29,917 nt of DNA from a virus (taxonomy: Duplodnaviria > Caudoviricetes): positions 1-29,917 of the IMG/VR virus record IMGVR_UViG_3300011116_000489. One strand, given 5' to 3'. Shown one piece after another: positions 1-9,598 of the stretch. Position 1 is the first letter of the stretch; the number at the start of each line of letters is the position of its first letter. Under the pieces are notes generated by a model. That model was not told the origin of the DNA and made no database searches. It saw nothing but the letters and a program-made list of their open reading frames with translations. A program made the translations under genes and the position numbers.

Positions 1-264
1 ATCAACTTGTCCATCAACGTGGACTTTAGCCAAGCCGACTCCACGGCTGCGATTGCATACGCCCCGCCGTTGTTCTCGGTGTGGGATACGGCGGTATGGG
101 ATACGGCAACATGGGGATCGGGCGATGTTGTGCAGGCTAACTGGCAGGGCGTGACAGGCATCGGTTACTGCGCGGGGATTCAGATGAACACCAGTTCCAA
201 GAATCTGTCGCTGCAATGGGCCTCAACGGATGTGGTGTACCAGACAGGATGGGCCGGTATATAG
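1..264 (+). CDS. 3' end of tail/head-closure virion protein (P22 gp10-like position), 5'-truncated
   Basis: Frame open from base 1 to TAG 262-264; WDTAVWDTATWG repeats; lies directly before the GNAT and ejection genes. Confidence 0.6.
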   Translation: MNLSINVDFSQADSTAAIAYAPPLFSVWDTAVWDTATWGSGDVVQANWQGVTGIGYCAGIQMNTSSKNLSLQWASTDVVYQTGWAGI

Positions 265-692
265 CGTCAAGCCCCGAAGTGGGGCATTGGGTTATGGGAG
301 AGATGGACGGGGCGTATAACCCCGACCGCTCCAACGCTATCGGGCTATTCAACGACGGCAAGATTATCGCCGGAGTGGTGTACGAGAACTTTAATGGCCG
401 GTCGGTGGTGTGCCATATCTGCGTAAAAGGCAGGATGACCCCCGCTTATTTGGCCGCGATTTTTGACTATGCGTTCAACGTTTGCGATGTACACAAGGTC
501 ATTTGCCCTGTAAGCAGCGGAAACGTGCGGGCGCAGCAAGTTGTGAGTAAAATGGGATTCACCGAGGAAGCGCGTCTAAAAGACGCCGACACCGACGGCG
601 ATATCGTGTTGTTAACCATGACACGCTCGGCGTGTCGCTTCTTGGAGCCTCGGTATGGGCAAAAAATCACCAGCACCGCCGCCTGCGCCTGA
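249..692 (+). CDS. GNAT-fold acetyltransferase-like protein of the podovirus tail module
   Basis: ATG 249; V-x3-N-x2-A-x6-MGF-x2-EA-x-L C-terminal GNAT pattern (SSGNVRAQQVVSKMGFTEEARL); position like T7 gp13 or P22 gp14. Confidence 0.7.
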   Translation: MGRYIASSPEVGHWVMGEMDGAYNPDRSNAIGLFNDGKIIAGVVYENFNGRSVVCHICVKGRMTPAYLAAIFDYAFNVCDVHKVICPVSSGNVRAQQVVSKMGFTEEARLKDADTDGDIVLLTMTRSACRFLEPRYGQKITSTAACA

Positions 693-2358
693 CTACGCCG
701 CAGCAGCCACCGCACAAGGGCAAGCCAACCTAGACGCGGCGCGTCTAACGGCTCGGCTTTCTAACCCCAACATTAGCACGCCCCTTGGCGGTCAGCGCGT
801 CACGTTTGGCCGACAAGTGCTGAACGAGCCTGCTTACAACCAAGCGATGGCCGAATACCAGAAGCAACTGGACGCATATAACGCCTCACGGCCCCAAACG
901 CCTGCAACGGGCGATGTCACGACGACAACGGGCGGCACGCCGGGGCGTATGACCTCACAGGGTCTAGAACGCTCGCCGTATATGCCCGATTCAGACTTTA
1001 TATCGCAAGATTTGGGCAGCGTCGGCCTTGGCGATTTGTACGGCGGCGGTGGTATTTACGGCGGCGGCTATGGCGGCGGTTTGGGCGGTTATACGGGCGG
1101 CGGCGCGGGAGGCTATACGGGTGGCCCGCCGGTTGCGCCGACCAAAGAACAGTTCATGTCATTGACCGATCAAGACACGCCGTTCATTGAACAGTATTTA
1201 ACCCCCGAAGCGCAGAAAACGCTTGAGGCGCAGCAGCGCGTAGACCTTGCCCTTGCGGGCCTTGGCGAACAAGGCATCGGCGTGGCACGGGATGTTCTTG
1301 GCCAACGGTTTAACCCCAACCTCCGCGATCTTCAGACGCAACTTGGCGGCTACGGACAGGTCGCCCAAGGGCCGGATTTGATGGGCATGGGGCAGGCTGG
1401 CGCAAACGTCGGCGCAGAACGTATCAACCGTGGCCCGCGTGAAGGCCAATATGGATTCGCACGGGGCGGCGTACAGGGGCCGGATTTGCAAGGGCGGCTA
1501 GACCTTTCGGGTTTGCCGCAAGCCCCCATAGGAGCCGGTACGACGGCACAGCAGGCCATTATGGGCCGACTCCAGCCGCAACTTGAGCGGCAGCGGGCGC
1601 AATTGCAGACGCAGTTGGCAAACCAAGGCATTACGCCGGGGTCAGAAGCCTACCGCAACGCCATGACCGAGCAGGGTCAGCGCGAAAACGATCTGTTGTC
1701 GCAGGCTGCGTTGCAGGGCATCAACCTTGATCAAGCCGCTCGCCAACAGGCATTTGGCGAGCAGTCGGCAGCAGCGCAGTTTGCCAACCAAGCCGCGTTG
1801 TCGGGTTTTGGCGCAAACGTGCAGAACCAGCAGTTGTACAACCAAGCCGTACAGCAGAACTTACAGCAAGGGTTGTCAATTCAAGACGCGCAAAACCGTG
1901 CCGCGCAGCAGATGTTCGGTCAGCGCATGGACATCCAAGGGCTATACAACACCGCTCTTGCGCAGAACCAGAACGCGGCCCTTCAGCAGCAAGCAGCGGC
2001 AAACGCAGCGCAAGCGCAGCAGTTTAACCAAGCCTTGCAAGCCGGTCAGTTCGGCAATACGGCATTGCAGCAGTCGTTGGCGCAGCAGTTAACGTTGCGT
2101 AACCAGCCGCTTAACGAGATCGCCGCGCTGATGTCTGGTTCGCAAGTGCAGATGCCGCAGTTCCAAGGCTATACGGGCGCAAATGTCGCAGCGGCTCCGG
2201 TCTTTGGCGCGGCACAAGCGCAAGGCGATTTTGCACAACGCAATTATCAGAACCAAGTAGCCGCGTATAACGCCAAAATGGGCGGGTTGTATAACTTGCT
2301 TGGCAGCGCGGCTGGTGGTGCATTTGGTGCTGGCGGTATGTTTGGGAAGGGGCCGTAA
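655..2358 (+). CDS. putative DNA-ejection/internal virion protein, Gln/Ala/Gly-rich
   Basis: 567 aa; MGKKSPAPPPAPDY N-terminus, long Q/A helical repeats, Gly-rich hydrophobic C-terminus; synteny. Confidence 0.65.
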   Translation: MGKKSPAPPPAPDYAAAATAQGQANLDAARLTARLSNPNISTPLGGQRVTFGRQVLNEPAYNQAMAEYQKQLDAYNASRPQTPATGDVTTTTGGTPGRMTSQGLERSPYMPDSDFISQDLGSVGLGDLYGGGGIYGGGYGGGLGGYTGGGAGGYTGGPPVAPTKEQFMSLTDQDTPFIEQYLTPEAQKTLEAQQRVDLALAGLGEQGIGVARDVLGQRFNPNLRDLQTQLGGYGQVAQGPDLMGMGQAGANVGAERINRGPREGQYGFARGGVQGPDLQGRLDLSGLPQAPIGAGTTAQQAIMGRLQPQLERQRAQLQTQLANQGITPGSEAYRNAMTEQGQRENDLLSQAALQGINLDQAARQQAFGEQSAAAQFANQAALSGFGANVQNQQLYNQAVQQNLQQGLSIQDAQNRAAQQMFGQRMDIQGLYNTALAQNQNAALQQQAAANAAQAQQFNQALQAGQFGNTALQQSLAQQLTLRNQPLNEIAALMSGSQVQMPQFQGYTGANVAAAPVFGAAQAQGDFAQRNYQNQVAAYNAKMGGLYNLLGSAAGGAFGAGGMFGKGP

Positions 2359-2648
2359 TGTTGCAACCATATCAATCGTTTGAAGGCGAAGCGCAACAAC
2401 AAGGCCGTGGGCAGCGGCTTGCACAAATGTTGCAAAACCGCCCGTCTAGCAATTTTGCCAACAACGATCCGACCACGTTGCCGCAGCAATATAACTTGCC
2501 GCAGAACGCAGCCGATGGTTATGCAGCCAAGCCGCAGATGGGTCGTTTGTTCCCGCCTAATCCGATGGTAAAACAACCAATGCCGCCAAGCCCCGGTATG
2601 TATAACCCAATGGGCGGCGATTTTAAGGGTGACTACTATGCCGGTTAA
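2358..2648 (+). CDS. small Pro/Gln/Met-rich hypothetical (possible internal virion protein)
   Basis: TAATG coupling to the upstream gene; 96 aa. Confidence 0.6.
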   Translation: MLQPYQSFEGEAQQQGRGQRLAQMLQNRPSSNFANNDPTTLPQQYNLPQNAADGYAAKPQMGRLFPPNPMVKQPMPPSPGMYNPMGGDFKGDYYAG

Positions 2649-3942
2649 TTACGTTCCGACATATAAAACTTATGAAGATGCTTCGGCTGAAGCCCGTCGC
2701 GCTCAAGCCCTAGCAGAAGCATTGCAACAACAGGCTTATCAACCGATTGAAATGACAACGGCGGCCCCCGTGTCATATACGCAAGGGCTAGCAAAGGTGT
2801 TGCAAGCGTATATGGCTGGTCGGCAGCAAAGCAAAGCCGCAGAAGCCGAAAGACAAGCCAAAAAAGTTGGGCGTGAAGAATTCCAATCGTATGTGGAATC
2901 GTTGTCGCCCGAACAAAAAACAATGGGTGTGGGCGATGTGGCCGCAATGCAAATGCCCACGCCGTCTATTGAAAATGGACGCATTACGCATCAAGCCGCT
3001 GCACCTGTGTTAAATCAACGGCCTGTTATGCAGATGACGGCTGAAGGTGCGCCGGACTTTTCCAAGCCAATGATGATGCAAACGGGCGGCCCGCTTACAC
3101 TCGCGCAACGTCGCGCCAAATTGCTTGAGGGGCTTGGTAGCGGGAATCCGATGGTGCAGGCTGTCGCGCAGGCTGAATACACCAAAAAACCCGAAATCGC
3201 AGAATTTGGAACAACTCCGCAATTTGATGAGCAAGGTCGCGGATTTGTTGTCAATAAGGCTGGCGATGTTCGGTATTTGCCGGGCGTAAAAGCCCCTGCT
3301 GCCGCGCCTGCTGCGGTAACCCCAACAACCATTATGAAAAATGGTAGAAAAGTTGTTGTGGACGCACGAACTGGAACGGAAATCGGTCTTGCCCCGCCAG
3401 ATACTCAAAGTGTTGGGTCAAGAGAAACAGCCGAAGGTTTGCGTAAAGAATTTACATCACAAACCGGAAAGTACCGAGAAGTTGTTGACGCATGGCAAAA
3501 AATTAAATCTGCTGCAATGAATCCAAGCGCGGCAAACGATATTGCGCTTGTGTTTAGTTATATGCGCGCTCTTGATCCTGCGTCTACGGTGCGCGAAGGC
3601 GAATTTGCTACGGCGCAAAACGCCGCAGGTGTCCCGACTCAAATTGTTAATGCTTATAACAAACTAGTCTCTGGCGAGCGGTTGTCGCAACCACAAAGAC
3701 AAGATTTTTTGCAATCGGCATATGGATTAGTAGAAAGTCAAATGCCAAACGCGCAAGCAATCGTAGGCAGATACACAGACATTGCAAAGCGGTCTGGAAT
3801 TCTTCCCGAAAACGTAGTGGAAGACCCTTTCAAATCCGCAAAAGTTCCGCGATTGACCGGCAACAATGATCCGGTATACGCAACACTTAAATCGGGCGAT
3901 TTGTTTATTAGCCCAGATGGTGTGATGCGGAGGAAAAAATAA
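2638..3942 (+). CDS. putative ejection protein
   Basis: ATG 2638 after AAGGGTG; contains DIALVFSYMRALDPASTVREGEF, a motif type I recognise from podovirus DNA-transfer proteins. Confidence 0.6.
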   Translation: MPVNYVPTYKTYEDASAEARRAQALAEALQQQAYQPIEMTTAAPVSYTQGLAKVLQAYMAGRQQSKAAEAERQAKKVGREEFQSYVESLSPEQKTMGVGDVAAMQMPTPSIENGRITHQAAAPVLNQRPVMQMTAEGAPDFSKPMMMQTGGPLTLAQRRAKLLEGLGSGNPMVQAVAQAEYTKKPEIAEFGTTPQFDEQGRGFVVNKAGDVRYLPGVKAPAAAPAAVTPTTIMKNGRKVVVDARTGTEIGLAPPDTQSVGSRETAEGLRKEFTSQTGKYREVVDAWQKIKSAAMNPSAANDIALVFSYMRALDPASTVREGEFATAQNAAGVPTQIVNAYNKLVSGERLSQPQRQDFLQSAYGLVESQMPNAQAIVGRYTDIAKRSGILPENVVEDPFKSAKVPRLTGNNDPVYATLKSGDLFISPDGVMRRKK

Positions 3943-5561
3943 TGGGCTGGCAAGATGACGAGGTAATTGGTAATCATCCTGTTAAAAAAACAGGAAAAAT
4001 GACTGCAACCGATATGTTTTCGGGAGCCGCGCAAAATCTTCCATCTAGCGCAATGCAATTTGGGCGAGATGTTGTAGAACCATTTTTATCGCCCATTGAA
4101 ACCACAAAATCCGTTTTTAATCTTGGCAAAAGCGTTCTTGGAAAGGCCGGCATTACCGATGCTGACCCCGAACTGGCTAACCAAGTTGGACAGCATTTTG
4201 TAAACCGATACGGTAGCGTTGATAACGCCATGAGGACGTTTTCAACCGATCCGGTTGGCATGGTGTCCGATGTGGCTGGTTTGTTGACTGGCGGTAGTGC
4301 ATTGGCCGTTAAAGCCGCAGCAAAAGCCCCGCGCATTGCCCGTGCCGCGCAAGTGGTGGAATCGGTGGGCCGCGCAGTTGATCCGTTAAATCTTGCTACA
4401 AAAGCCGTAACTGGAACTGCAAAAGGAACCGCCGGTATTTTAGGGTTGACAACCGGAACGGGGTATCAAGCCGTTAAAGAGGCGGCAAAAGCCGGATACC
4501 GTGGTGGAGAGCAAGGAAAAGCGTTTGTTAGCGAAATGCGCGGCAAAGCACCGCAAGATGCTGTTGTAAATGAAGCGCAACGAGCGGTTGATAATTTGCG
4601 CGAACAACGCAGCCGTGATTACAAAACAAGCATGGCAGGCGTTACGCAAGATAAAACTGTTCTTGATTTTCAACCCATTCGGGATGAATTTCAAAAATTG
4701 AAGGAAATGGGGCAATTTAAAGGCAAAACTATTAACGAGCCTGCGGTCGCTGCGGTTGAAAAACTTGAAGATATTATTGGGGATTGGGAATTTTCTAATC
4801 CTAATGAATTTCATACGCCCGAAGGATTGGATAAACTTAAACAGAAAATTTGGAATCAATCCAAAGGGTATCCGGAAAATTCTCCAGAACGCCTTGTAGC
4901 AGATCGGATGTATAAGGCCGTTCGGCAAGTAGTTGCCAATCAAGCCCCCGATTACATGAAAGTAATGGGTGATTACGAACAAGCCAGCGATTTGTTAAAA
5001 GAGTTGGAGCGTGGATTGTCGTTGTCAGATCGTGCAACGGTAGATACGACTACTCGCAAATTGCAGTCTATTTTGCGAAACAACGCCAACACTAATTACG
5101 GACAACGTGTTGCGTTAGGCCGACAACTTGAAGAAGCCGGGGCTGAAACGCTTTTCCCGCGTTTGGCAGGGCAAGCCATGAGCGCGCAATTACCTCGCGG
5201 ATTGTCCGGCGCGCTTTCGGGAACGGGTGCAGTTGTTAATGCAATGCAAAACCTTCCCGGCGCATTTTTAGAGCCAAGCACATTGTTGGCGGCTGGCATG
5301 GTAATCCCAAGGGTAACTGGTGAAACCGCATACAAAGCAGGGCAAGTTGCTAGTGGCCCGCGCCGTCTTGCGGAAATGCTTTCTCAATATGGTGACCGGC
5401 TTTCGGCACGCAATCCATCAATGGCAATGGCCGTTGATATGGCAAAACGCACTATTGCCGCTGGCAAACAACTTGATCCTGTTTATACGCAACAGTTGGC
5501 ATTGCAGTTGTCTAGGTTGCAACAGGCTGATGAAGAACGTAAAGCGAGGGCCGCACAATGA
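3942..5561 (+). CDS. putative large ejection (DNA transfer) protein
   Basis: 539 aa, helical, Ala/Gly amphipathic segments; TAATG coupling; last gene before the tail fibre. Confidence 0.6.
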   Translation: MGWQDDEVIGNHPVKKTGKMTATDMFSGAAQNLPSSAMQFGRDVVEPFLSPIETTKSVFNLGKSVLGKAGITDADPELANQVGQHFVNRYGSVDNAMRTFSTDPVGMVSDVAGLLTGGSALAVKAAAKAPRIARAAQVVESVGRAVDPLNLATKAVTGTAKGTAGILGLTTGTGYQAVKEAAKAGYRGGEQGKAFVSEMRGKAPQDAVVNEAQRAVDNLREQRSRDYKTSMAGVTQDKTVLDFQPIRDEFQKLKEMGQFKGKTINEPAVAAVEKLEDIIGDWEFSNPNEFHTPEGLDKLKQKIWNQSKGYPENSPERLVADRMYKAVRQVVANQAPDYMKVMGDYEQASDLLKELERGLSLSDRATVDTTTRKLQSILRNNANTNYGQRVALGRQLEEAGAETLFPRLAGQAMSAQLPRGLSGALSGTGAVVNAMQNLPGAFLEPSTLLAAGMVIPRVTGETAYKAGQVASGPRRLAEMLSQYGDRLSARNPSMAMAVDMAKRTIAAGKQLDPVYTQQLALQLSRLQQADEERKARAAQ

Positions 5562-6868
5562 GTTTCAACGGTTCGGGTACATTCCAGATCAACACGGCGG
5601 GTCAGCCTGTCGTTACCGGCACGACGATCACTTCAACGGCCTTTAACGCGCTGACGGCTGACCTTGCTACGGGCCTTTCTACTTGCATTACCAAGGACGG
5701 CCAGACCACGCCCACGGCTAACATTCCGATGGGCAACAACAAGATCACGGGTCTTGCGGCTGGTACGGCGGCAACGGATGCGGCGAACCTTTCGCAAGCG
5801 CAATCCACCGCCGCCAAACTGCTTACGGTATCCGGTACGGACACCATTACGGCTTCTGGCTCGCCTACGGTTGCGGCTTACAGCACAGGTGCTTCGTATT
5901 ACTTCAGCCCCGCTAATACCAATACGGGTGCGGTCACGATCAACATTGATTCGCTTGGCGCGAAATCCATTACCAAGAACGGCACGACTGCGCTGGCTGC
6001 GGGCGACCTTACGGCTGGAAAAGTTGTTGTTGTGGTGTATGACGGCACGCAGTTTCAGTTGGTCAACCCGCAACAAGTCACAGGTCAGTTGTCGGGTAGC
6101 AACACCGCAATCGGCGCATCTGCGCTTTCATCGGTTACTTCGGGAACGGTTAGTAGCGCGTTTGGATATGAAGCCCTTAAATTACTAACGTCCGGAACTT
6201 GGAATACCGGCGTGGGTTATCAAGCCGGTAAAAACATCACAACTGGCGGCGCAAACACGTTTGTTGGATACGTTGCCGGAACAGGCGTATCAACGGCTTC
6301 TGCAAGCGTTGCTCTGGGCGATAGCGCATTTTCAAGCGGCAATTACGGTTATTCCATGTGTTTGGGGCAATCGTCGCAAGTTACCGGCGGAGGACAAAAC
6401 CAAATTGGCGGTTCTGGCACAACAACCTACGCTTATGGCGCGGTGCAAGATCGTTCGGATGCACGCGACAAAACCGACATTCAAGACACCGATCTTGGCC
6501 TTAATTTCATCATGGCGTTGCGCCCGGTTAAATATAAATGGGATATGCGTGATGATTACCGCCCCAAGCCGCCCGCGCCGGATGCGTCGGAGGCTGAATG
6601 GGAGGCATATCGCCAAGCCGCAGACCTTTCCAACATCACGCACGATGGCACGCATACCCGCACGCGCTATCACCAAGGCTTGATCGCACAAGAAGTCAAA
6701 GCCACGATGGACGCGATGGGCGTGGACTTTGGCGGTTACCAAGACCACAGCATCAAGGGCGGGCAGGATGTGCAGTCTATCGGCTACAACGAAATGATCG
6801 CGCCGTTAATCAAAGCGATACAAGAGTTGAAAGCCGAATTTGACGCATATAAGGCGACGCACCCGTGA
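5558..6868 (+). CDS. tail fibre/spike with C-terminal intramolecular chaperone (peptidase S74)
   Basis: Thr/Gly-rich body, NTxxG repeats; SDARDKTDI...LRPVKYKW...GLIAQEV...LIKAIQEL S74 signature. Confidence 0.85.
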   Translation: MSFNGSGTFQINTAGQPVVTGTTITSTAFNALTADLATGLSTCITKDGQTTPTANIPMGNNKITGLAAGTAATDAANLSQAQSTAAKLLTVSGTDTITASGSPTVAAYSTGASYYFSPANTNTGAVTINIDSLGAKSITKNGTTALAAGDLTAGKVVVVVYDGTQFQLVNPQQVTGQLSGSNTAIGASALSSVTSGTVSSAFGYEALKLLTSGTWNTGVGYQAGKNITTGGANTFVGYVAGTGVSTASASVALGDSAFSSGNYGYSMCLGQSSQVTGGGQNQIGGSGTTTYAYGAVQDRSDARDKTDIQDTDLGLNFIMALRPVKYKWDMRDDYRPKPPAPDASEAEWEAYRQAADLSNITHDGTHTRTRYHQGLIAQEVKATMDAMGVDFGGYQDHSIKGGQDVQSIGYNEMIAPLIKAIQELKAEFDAYKATHP

Positions 6869-7128
6869 TTGACCTTGCCAAAATAAAGACTGTGCCGGGT
6901 TATGTGTTTGCAGACGGCGCGTTAGTGCTTGGGATTGTGTGGTGGAGCGCGGTTTTAACTGAACGGTTTGAAATGACCGTTAAGCGCGTAGACGCAATGG
7001 AACAGGTCAAGATTCAGCCCGAAGCCGACCGCCGTATTGCCGTTATTGAAGCGCGTATGGCCGACACGACTAATCGCCTTGCGTCTATTGAAAGCAAGTT
7101 AGATCGCATTTTGGAGCGTGGGCGGTGA
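6865..7128 (+). CDS. small membrane-anchored coiled-coil protein (lysis region)
   Basis: GTGA overlap; one hydrophobic segment then heptad pattern. Confidence 0.65.
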   Translation: MIDLAKIKTVPGYVFADGALVLGIVWWSAVLTERFEMTVKRVDAMEQVKIQPEADRRIAVIEARMADTTNRLASIESKLDRILERGR

Positions 7129-7385
7129 ATTGGGGAGAAATCCTCAAGATGGTTGTGCCGATCCTTGTGATCAGCATCGGCTGGTTATTGGGGCAAGTTT
7201 CGTCATTCAGTAACCGGCTCATCAGCATTGAATCCAAGATGCCCGCGTTAATCACCTCGGAAGGCGTGCCGACCGATAGCCCGCTGTCGGCTGAAAAACG
7301 GCAGAAACTTAAGGAAGAAATCCAGCGCGAGATCAATGACCTTAACGTGCGTGTGACGTTGCTTGAGGAACGGCAGAAACGCTGA
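7125..7385 (+). CDS. small membrane-anchored coiled-coil protein (lysis region)
   Basis: GTGA overlap; N-terminal TM, coiled-coil C-terminus. Confidence 0.65.
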   Translation: MNWGEILKMVVPILVISIGWLLGQVSSFSNRLISIESKMPALITSEGVPTDSPLSAEKRQKLKEEIQREINDLNVRVTLLEERQKR

Positions 7386-7531
7386 TGGACGTGATAGAAC
7401 TGCTCATCAAAGCGTGGCCGGTTCTGTTTGGCATCGTGACGCTAATAATTGTGCTGTCCAAACTTGACTTACGAGTTGCCGTGCTTGAGGACAAGATCAA
7501 AACGCTGTTTGATTTGGTAAACAAAAAATGA
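7385..7531 (+). CDS. 48-aa TM plus coiled-coil protein (not in the ORF track)
   Basis: MDVIELLIKAWPVLFGIVTLIIVLSKLDLRVAVLEDKIKTLFDLVNKK; TGATG and ATGA overlaps on both sides. Confidence 0.7.
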   Translation: MDVIELLIKAWPVLFGIVTLIIVLSKLDLRVAVLEDKIKTLFDLVNKK

Positions 7532-8004
7532 TGCCGTTGATACAAACCTTGCTGTCTAATGGCCTTGGCCTCGTCGCCAACGCTGTAATGGCGAAGGGCA
7601 AGGAATGGGTGGAGGACAAGACCGGCATCAAACTTGCGCCAGATATGCCGCCCGAGCAAATTGCGCAATTGAAAATTGCCGAAATGCAGCACGAAGAAGA
7701 ATTGATGCGGCTGCGTTTGGAAGAAAACAAACTAGACATTGAGGCGTTCAAGGCTGAAGCGTCTGCCGTGACTGACCGCTGGACTGCGGATATGGCCTCG
7801 GATTCTTGGTTGTCCAAGAACATTCGGCCCATGACGCTTATTGCCATTCTGTCCGGTTACTTCCTGTTTGCGTTTATGTCGGCATTTGGGCTGGAAGCCA
7901 ATGAGTCGTATGTGACGCTATTGGGCAATTGGGGGCAAATCGTGATGCTGGCCTACTTTGGCGGGCGCACGGTGGAAAAGGTCATGGAGATGAAGCACAA
8001 ATGA
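7528..8004 (+). CDS. holin (3TM gene-transfer-agent type)
   Basis: RWTADMASDSWLSKNIRP followed by two TM segments and AYFGGRTVEK; immediately before the endolysin. Confidence 0.8.
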   Translation: MMPLIQTLLSNGLGLVANAVMAKGKEWVEDKTGIKLAPDMPPEQIAQLKIAEMQHEEELMRLRLEENKLDIEAFKAEASAVTDRWTADMASDSWLSKNIRPMTLIAILSGYFLFAFMSAFGLEANESYVTLLGNWGQIVMLAYFGGRTVEKVMEMKHK

Positions 8005-8336
8005 GCCTTGTTGCTGAACAGGCGGCGTTTCTGCTGGATGCTTGCAAACTGATCGCCAAAGCCACGGAAATGGGGTTTACGGTGACGGGCGGCGAACTGG
8101 CCCGCACCATTGAACAACAAGAAATCTACGTCAAAACCGGACGTAGCAAAACGATGAATAGCATTCACATCAAACGATGCGCTATTGACCTAAACTTCTT
8201 CAAAGACGGTAAGTTAGTGTACGATGTTAATGCTTTACGTCCCGTAGGCGAGTTTTGGGAGTCATTGCACCCCAAAAACCAATGGGGCGGTAAGTGGAGG
8301 TTTGTGGATGTTCCGCACTTCCAACGCACAATATGA
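8001..8336 (+). CDS. endolysin, M15 family Zn peptidase
   Basis: ATG 8001 (ATGA overlap); R-T-x2-QQ, SxH-x4-AID and WGG-x-W...DxPHF motifs. Confidence 0.85.
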   Translation: MSLVAEQAAFLLDACKLIAKATEMGFTVTGGELARTIEQQEIYVKTGRSKTMNSIHIKRCAIDLNFFKDGKLVYDVNALRPVGEFWESLHPKNQWGGKWRFVDVPHFQRTI

Positions 8337-8342
8337 GAATGT

Positions 8343-9404
8343 ATGGCTACTCGCAAAGTATCCGATTTGCAGATCATTCAAGCATTGCGTGAAAACCATG
8401 GTATCCGCGCCCATGCAGCAAGAGATTTAGGATTATCAGTCCGATGCGTGCTTGAACACGCCAAGCGATTAGAGCAAAAAGGCATTAAGGGTATTGCGAC
8501 CACCTATCACGCGCCGGTCGTAGATAAAAACACGTTTGAATTTACTCCGTTGCCCGACGACGACATCCCGATTGAAGAACTGATCAAGCACCGCAAGCGT
8601 CAGTTTTCGCACAAGGCGGCACACGAAGAAGCCGCCAAACTGATTCCGATTAAGATTAAGTTAGACGGGCCGATTGGCATTTTGCATTTTGGCGATCCCC
8701 ACGTTGATGACGATGGCTGCGATTTGGAAGCCATAGAACGTCATACCGCGTTGGTAAATAAAACACCCGGTATGTTTGCAAGTTCCGTGGGAGACGTAAG
8801 TAACAATTGGGTCGGCAGGCTTGCTCGGTTATATGCGGAACAAAGCACTTCCGCTACGCAGGCTTGGAAGTTGGCCGAATGGTTTGTCAAGCGTTGCCAA
8901 TGGCTTTATATGATTGCCGGAAACCACGATTTGTGGTCTGGCGCGGGCGACCCGCTACGTTGGATCGCCAAACAACAAGATTCGCTTTATAGGGCTTCTG
9001 AAGCCCGTATAGCGTTGCAGTTTCCGAATGGGCAAAGCGTCCGTATCAACGCCCGCCACGACCACTCTGGTAATTCAATTTGGAACCCGGCGCATGGGCC
9101 GATGAAGGCCGCCATCATGGGAACCCGCGATCACATTTACGTTGCGGGGCATAAACACATGAGCGCATACAGCGTCTTAAAAGACCCTACAGACGGTATC
9201 ACCATGCATTTGCTGCGTGTTGCGTCTTATAAGCGTTACGATAGATATGCCCGCGATCATGGATTTCGGGACAACACGCTGTCGCCCTGTGCGGTCACGA
9301 TAATTAATCCCGCCTTGAATGATAATCATCCAGATTTTATTAAAGTGTTCTGGGAGCCAGAGATTGGTGCGGATTACTTAACATATCTTCGCAAAAAGAA
9401 ATGA
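8343..9404 (+). CDS. calcineurin-like metallophosphoesterase with N-terminal Fis-type HTH
   Basis: GDPH, GD, GNHD, H, GHKH motifs; IIQALRENHGIRAHAARDLGLS resembles a Fis HTH. Confidence 0.85.
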   Translation: MATRKVSDLQIIQALRENHGIRAHAARDLGLSVRCVLEHAKRLEQKGIKGIATTYHAPVVDKNTFEFTPLPDDDIPIEELIKHRKRQFSHKAAHEEAAKLIPIKIKLDGPIGILHFGDPHVDDDGCDLEAIERHTALVNKTPGMFASSVGDVSNNWVGRLARLYAEQSTSATQAWKLAEWFVKRCQWLYMIAGNHDLWSGAGDPLRWIAKQQDSLYRASEARIALQFPNGQSVRINARHDHSGNSIWNPAHGPMKAAIMGTRDHIYVAGHKHMSAYSVLKDPTDGITMHLLRVASYKRYDRYARDHGFRDNTLSPCAVTIINPALNDNHPDFIKVFWEPEIGADYLTYLRKKK

Positions 9405-9598
9405 ACCGGGACGACGAGGACGAGTTGCTATGGGCGCAGCCCGATCTGTGCCAGAAATGCGTATGGTTATGCCCTTGGAACGGGGCAGGATACGGTTGCT
9501 CTCACCCTAATCAGCGGCAGTTAATTAAAGGCGAAGTATTGTGCGGCGGCAGCGAGTACAAACCGACCCGACCTTGGTACCTCAAAGACCCAAAATAG
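9401..9598 (+). CDS. small Cys-rich hypothetical protein
   Basis: ATGA overlap; CxxCxxxC...C...C. Confidence 0.6.
   Translation: MNRDDEDELLWAQPDLCQKCVWLCPWNGAGYGCSHPNQRQLIKGEVLCGGSEYKPTRPWYLKDPK

Noticed and set aside
1030-1125. GGC-rich tandem repeats as a DNA-level repeat or array
   Set aside because: Explained by YGGG-type coding repeats; no spacer structure
7528-7533. Dual-start (Met-Met) holin/antiholin motif
   Set aside because: No charged residue between the two Met codons; the first ATG is explained by the ATGA overlap
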